A DNA stretch of 50,150 nucleotides from Acutalibacteraceae bacterium (lineage in GTDB: Bacteria; Actinomycetota; Coriobacteriia; Coriobacteriales; QAMH01). Position numbers and translations under genes: made by a program. Of this stretch, positions 46,804-50,150 are shown piece after piece; position 1 is the stretch's first letter, and every line of letters begins with the position of its first letter. The stretch covers positions 1 through 50,150 of the forward strand of contig CAVDAL010000108.1 in the NCBI GenBank assembly GCA_963606965.1, in the 5' to 3' direction. The notes beneath the pieces are model-generated. The model was not told the origin of the DNA. It did no database searches and worked only from the letters and a program-made list of their open reading frames with translations.

Positions 46804-49644
46804 TTAAACCGTAACTTCTTGATTTGGATCTTGCATGCTGTAATGCTTGCCTGTCTGCATATCCAACAAAGTATTTGTTGCTGGATCATATGCACGCAAT
46901 GTCACACGTTCATATAAAACATTTGTTGCAGGATCAACAAGCCAGCCTGTTTCAGCCTGATAATGGAATCCTGTACCAGGATGCTTTGTAACTTGTTCAA
47001 TTGGATCCCAAGTTAATCCCGGTGGTACTTGATAACCCGGTTGAGGACCACTTGAAGGCTGACCAGCAAAGTCATAGAATTGCTTATTGACTTCATCAAG
47101 TAAGAATTGTTCTTCGCCATATGGAACATATTTATAATCTGTGCCATATTGATGCAAAGCTTTTGTGACAGGGTCAACACACCAACCAGTAGCGCCATCA
47201 TAATAACGTGTGCGGTCTGCATTCCATGCTTTGCGAGTTTTGTAATCCCAAGTATAATCAGCTGGAACTTGGAAGTCTGGCTCAACAAAGATAGGTTCAT
47301 TGAATGGCAATGCACGCTGCTGTTCGCTTGGCATCTGATGAACGCCGCCACCAAGTGTTGCATAAGCAGAGCCAGGAATTGAGAATTCAGCATCATGTTC
47401 TGTATATTCGCAGTCTTCAGGAGTGCACTTATAAACTTTGCACAAAAGACCACGGTTTGCCCAACAACCTGTTAATGGGTCACAATGTTCGTCATCAACA
47501 GATGTCAAAACATTTGTATTTGATTCAAAGCAACCAAATGGCTGATAGCCTTCATGGCTGCGTTCTGGGAACCACCAACCACGCTGTGTATAAATAACAC
47601 GTGGATCCAAAGATGGCTCAACATTCGCACGTTGCTTAATACGGCCACGGCGAGTTTCAATCCAGCACCAGTCGCCTTCCTTAATCTTTAGCTTTTTAGC
47701 TGTATCAGGATGAATTGTGAAGAATGGATCTGGTTTGATATAACGAATAATTGGATTGTTGAAATGCTCTGAATGGTGGAATGGCATGAAGCCGCCGCCA
47801 GTAGTAAGAGCCAAAGGATATTCCTTTGCCAATTCTGGGTCATCTTGTTCGCTTTCTGGAGCGCAACCAAGATATGTTGGCAAGCCAGGAAGACCAAATT
47901 CTTCAAATACAGTAGATTTAAGTTCAACCTTGCCAGAAGCTGTGCAGAAGTAACCACGATTGATATGCTTTGAATAGTGCAATGGTGGATAATACATACG
48001 GAAGCGTTCAACAAAGTCATCATAACTTGTAATTGGCAAGTTAAGTGGTGAAAGAACATACATAAATACATCTTCGAGTTCTGGCCATGGCCAGTATCCT
48101 TCACCTTGACCGCAAGCAAGGCCAAGTTCACGCCAGATGTTGTAATCTGTTTTGCGTTCATACATTGGCTGAATTGCACGCTGGTTGCCTGTAATTGAAT
48201 CTGTTACACCATAGTTTGTATGAACAATTGGACGTTCCATAGCGCCAGCAACAGGCAAAACAAAGTCTGCTTGCAAAGCTGTTGGTGTGATGTAATAATC
48301 CAAAACAACCAAGAATTCTACTTTTCTTGTTGCTTCATAAACCATCTTTGAGTCACCATAAGAACTCAATGGGTTAGTGCCAGAAACAAGCAATGCACGA
48401 ACAGGATATGGATCGCCTGTAATGATTGCTTTGAAAACAGAAGGACCATGAGCTTCACAGAACCATTCACCCGTGAATGCCTTGCCCCACTTTTCTTTAG
48501 AAATATCTGCAAGTCGCTGATAACCAGGCCAAGTTGTCATTGGATACTTGTCTGCACCAATTTGCTTTGCCTTAGCTTCTTCAGGCAAAAATTCATTGCC
48601 TTCAAGTTCTTCATCAGTGATATATGCAGCAGGGCCTGGCATACCGTCGCCACCTGGGCAGTCGAGGTTGCCAGTAATAGAACGCAAAATTTGACGAGCA
48701 TGCATACCGCAACCAGCAGTTTTGCCAAGCTGGTCAGCAGTGCAACCCCACTGGATGTTACCAGGAGTGTTGCGAGCATACATACGAGCAGCTTCACGAA
48801 TTAATTCAGCATCGAGCCATGTTTCTTCAGCTGCCCACTCTGGAGTGTATTGCTGAATGTGTGCTTTGAGTTCTTCAAAACCATAGCACCATTGCTGAAC
48901 AAAAGCTGCATTATATAAGCCTTCATTGATGATGACATTGATCATAGCTAATGCCAAAGCTGAGTCTGAACCTGGACGCAATGGCAGCCATAAATCTGCA
49001 TGTGCTGCTGTCTCTGAATAACGAGGATCAACAACAATGAGCTTCATGCCTGTCTGCTGTTGCAGATCAAAATAGCCATGAGCACCTGGCATTGAAGATG
49101 CGCCTGGGTTAAAGCCCCAAAGAATAACGCATTTTGAACTGCCAAGGTCTGTTTCAAATGGTGACCAACCGCTTGTTGCAGTTTCGATCATGAATGTTGG
49201 AATCCAACAAAGCAAAGCATTATGGAATCCGTTTGGTGTACCAAATGCATTCAAGAAACGGCGACGAGCCCAGTCGTCAGTACGAAGCGTACCTGCAGCA
49301 GCTGCAACAGCCTCTGCACCACTTTCTTGTCTGATTTGCATTAACTTGTTAGCGATTTCGCTAATTGCCTGTTCCCAAGAAACACGCTCCCATTTATTTT
49401 CGCCCTTTTCACCAGCACGCTTTAATGGATAATTAACGCGCGAAGGATCATCGACAAAGTTGAGAGCTTGGTTGCCGCGGCAGCACAAGCCGCCAGCATT
49501 TGTTGGGTGGTTAGGATCGCCTTCAGCATAGATGAGCTTGCCGTCTTTTACATAAGCAAGAACACCACAGTTCTGATGGCAGAAGTAACAGGCGGATTTT
49601 TTAACTTCCACGCCCTCAGCATGGATATCTGCCTCGATTGTCAC
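46804..49644 (-). CDS. Mo/W-bisPGD oxidoreductase catalytic subunit (DmsA/PsrA-like), Tat-less, with ~200-aa repeat-containing C-terminal extension
   Basis: 946 aa. GTG start 6 nt after GAGGAGGAGG, with an in-frame TAG two codons upstream. [4Fe-4S] motif 'CYFCHQNC...GGLCCRG', 'ILWGFNP', and 'LIVVDPRYS'. The Molydop-binding barrel ends near aa 740 ('LLCKVYKC'). Confidence 0.9.
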   Translation of the reverse strand: MTIEADIHAEGVEVKKSACYFCHQNCGVLAYVKDGKLIYAEGDPNHPTNAGGLCCRGNQALNFVDDPSRVNYPLKRAGEKGENKWERVSWEQAISEIANKLMQIRQESGAEAVAAAAGTLRTDDWARRRFLNAFGTPNGFHNALLCWIPTFMIETATSGWSPFETDLGSSKCVILWGFNPGASSMPGAHGYFDLQQQTGMKLIVVDPRYSETAAHADLWLPLRPGSDSALALAMINVIINEGLYNAAFVQQWCYGFEELKAHIQQYTPEWAAEETWLDAELIREAARMYARNTPGNIQWGCTADQLGKTAGCGMHARQILRSITGNLDCPGGDGMPGPAAYITDEELEGNEFLPEEAKAKQIGADKYPMTTWPGYQRLADISKEKWGKAFTGEWFCEAHGPSVFKAIITGDPYPVRALLVSGTNPLSSYGDSKMVYEATRKVEFLVVLDYYITPTALQADFVLPVAGAMERPIVHTNYGVTDSITGNQRAIQPMYERKTDYNIWRELGLACGQGEGYWPWPELEDVFMYVLSPLNLPITSYDDFVERFRMYYPPLHYSKHINRGYFCTASGKVELKSTVFEEFGLPGLPTYLGCAPESEQDDPELAKEYPLALTTGGGFMPFHHSEHFNNPIIRYIKPDPFFTIHPDTAKKLKIKEGDWCWIETRRGRIKQRANVEPSLDPRVIYTQRGWWFPERSHEGYQPFGCFESNTNVLTSVDDEHCDPLTGCWANRGLLCKVYKCTPEDCEYTEHDAEFSIPGSAYATLGGGVHQMPSEQQRALPFNEPIFVEPDFQVPADYTWDYKTRKAWNADRTRYYDGATGWCVDPVTKALHQYGTDYKYVPYGEEQFLLDEVNKQFYDFAGQPSSGPQPGYQVPPGLTWDPIEQVTKHPGTGFHYQAETGWLVDPATNVLYERVTLRAYDPATNTLLDMQTGKHYSMQDPNQEVTV

Positions 49645-50020
49645 TGCCTACCTCCTCCTCTTTCTCTTACCTTTTCTTTCTCCTAATAAAAACCTACATA
49701 CCGATATATGCACATGGGTACATAATGCTACAGAGAAAAAATTTGTACACTTAAAACACGATAGAGTTTCTCTAAGTGGCGCGGCGTGTTCGAACTATGG
49801 AAACTTGAAAATATAATCTTTATTTGAGATAAAGGATAAAAGGGTCTATGTCACCTACTAGATTATGTCTATACCGAATAATTAGCAAACAAACCGTTCA
49901 GGGGAGGCAAAATTCTATTTTGAAATTTTACCTTTAAACTATTCGATGTTCGATTGTTAAAGATAAAAACCTTCGATCAGGCCTGCGTTTTATTGTTAGT
50001 TCGTTGAAAGAGGGATTGAA

Positions 50021-50150
50021 ATGTGCTTCCGTCCACCTACAGTTGAAATGGATGACACTCCTGGCGGAGCGGGCGCTCCTGGCGCTCCTGGTGCACCTGG
50101 TGCTCCTGGCGCTCCTGCAGCCCCTGGTGCTCCTGGCGCTCCTGCAGCCC
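50021..50150 (+). CDS. Partial CDS (5' end only): protein with Gly-Ala-Pro collagen-like/low-complexity repeat
   Basis: ATG 50021 lies 7 nt after AGAGGGA. The frame stays open to the window end and reads MCFRPPTVEMDDTPGGAGAPGAPGAPGAPGAPAAPGAPGAPAA... It is absent from the ORF track because no stop lies within the window. An alternative start is ATG 50048. Confidence 0.4.
   Translation, partial: MCFRPPTVEMDDTPGGAGAPGAPGAPGAPGAPAAPGAPGAPAA
50063..50150 (+). repeat. 9-nt tandem repeat (GGYGCWCCT, about 9 units) with a 27-nt higher-order unit, truncated by the window end
   Basis: Seen directly. ggcgctcct/ggtgcacct/ggtgctcct/gcagcccct units run from 50072. The 27-mer ggtgctcctggcgctcctgcagcccct (50099-50125) is repeated from 50126. 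The tract is strongly GC-rich against an AT-rich background. Confidence 0.85.

Noticed and set aside
41501-49644. Selenocysteine (in-frame TGA) or Tat leaders in the two Mo/W enzymes.
   Set aside because: Both ORFs are uninterrupted and have Cys at the candidate ligand position. In-frame stops immediately upstream of both starts exclude hidden leaders. No RRxF motif is present.
34990-49644. The accessory region as a mobile genomic island.
   Set aside because: It has no integrase, transposase, flanking direct repeats or tRNA. Its gene orientation and visible composition match the surrounding core genes.
49645-49800. A possible Moco riboswitch or other cis-regulatory RNA in the leader of the Mo/W operon.
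   Set aside because: I could not identify the conserved Moco-motif helices or any convincing extended pairing by eye. This needs an Infernal/Rfam scan and is left as an open check in the findings rather than called.
49848-49937. A 29-codon + strand ORF (MSPTRLCLYRIISKQTVQGRQNSILKFYL) with an AAAGGG upstream, inside the long intergenic region.
   Set aside because: It is too short, has no recognisable features, and has no comparative support available. Such ORFs arise by chance in a 376-bp AT-rich spacer.
50063-50150. The tandem repeat at the window edge as a CRISPR array or a non-coding satellite.
   Set aside because: The unit length is 9 nt with no spacers, and it maintains an open reading frame behind an RBS/ATG. 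It fits a coding Gly-Ala-Pro repeat, not CRISPR.

Overview
A 50,150-bp window that looks low-GC (low 40s % by eye, not computed), from a Gram-positive-type anaerobe. The ruvC-ruvA-ruvB operon together with Bacillus-like synteny blocks (atp operon-glyA-rpiB-tsaC; recN-nadK-tlyA-dxs-xseB-nusB-asp23-accC; rsmD-coaD; asp23-yloV-recG) suggests Actinomycetota/Coriobacteriia or a related lineage. This assignment is inference only. Layout: ruvCAB lies on the + strand (87-2244). About 47 kb of uninterrupted minus-strand genes follow (2262-49644), and a partial + strand gene with a Gly-Ala-Pro tandem repeat runs off the right edge. Positions 2.2-34.9 kb are core housekeeping: an LCP protein, murA, the complete F1Fo ATP synthase operon, dCMP deaminase, glyA, rpiB, tsaC, recN, nadK, tlyA, dxs, xseB, nusB, a two-subunit pyruvate-carboxylase-type pair, coaD, rsmD, recG, yloV and dnaE. 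A Lys-rich secreted GH25 muramidase is wedged in this block. Positions 35-49.7 kb are the accessory, interesting part and contain two operons. (i) A DmsABC/PsrABC-like operon (49644-45016) whose Mo/W-bisPGD catalytic subunit has no Tat signal and carries a ~200-aa repeat-containing C-terminal extension, and whose NrfD-type anchor carries a ~100-aa tail. (ii) Directly after a strong terminator, a nine-gene translationally coupled operon (44884-34990): CCG/Fe-S protein, second Tat-less Mo/W-bisPGD paralogue, DUF2064, radical SAM, ferredoxin::DUF169, flavin-reductase-fold protein, GNAT::PhnP-like MBL fusion, second CCG/Fe-S paralogue and a small membrane protein. I cannot map operon (ii) to any characterised pathway, and it is my best candidate for an undescribed system. 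I recognised no rRNA, tRNA, CRISPR array, transposase or integrase. All family assignments come from motif recognition by eye. No searches were run.
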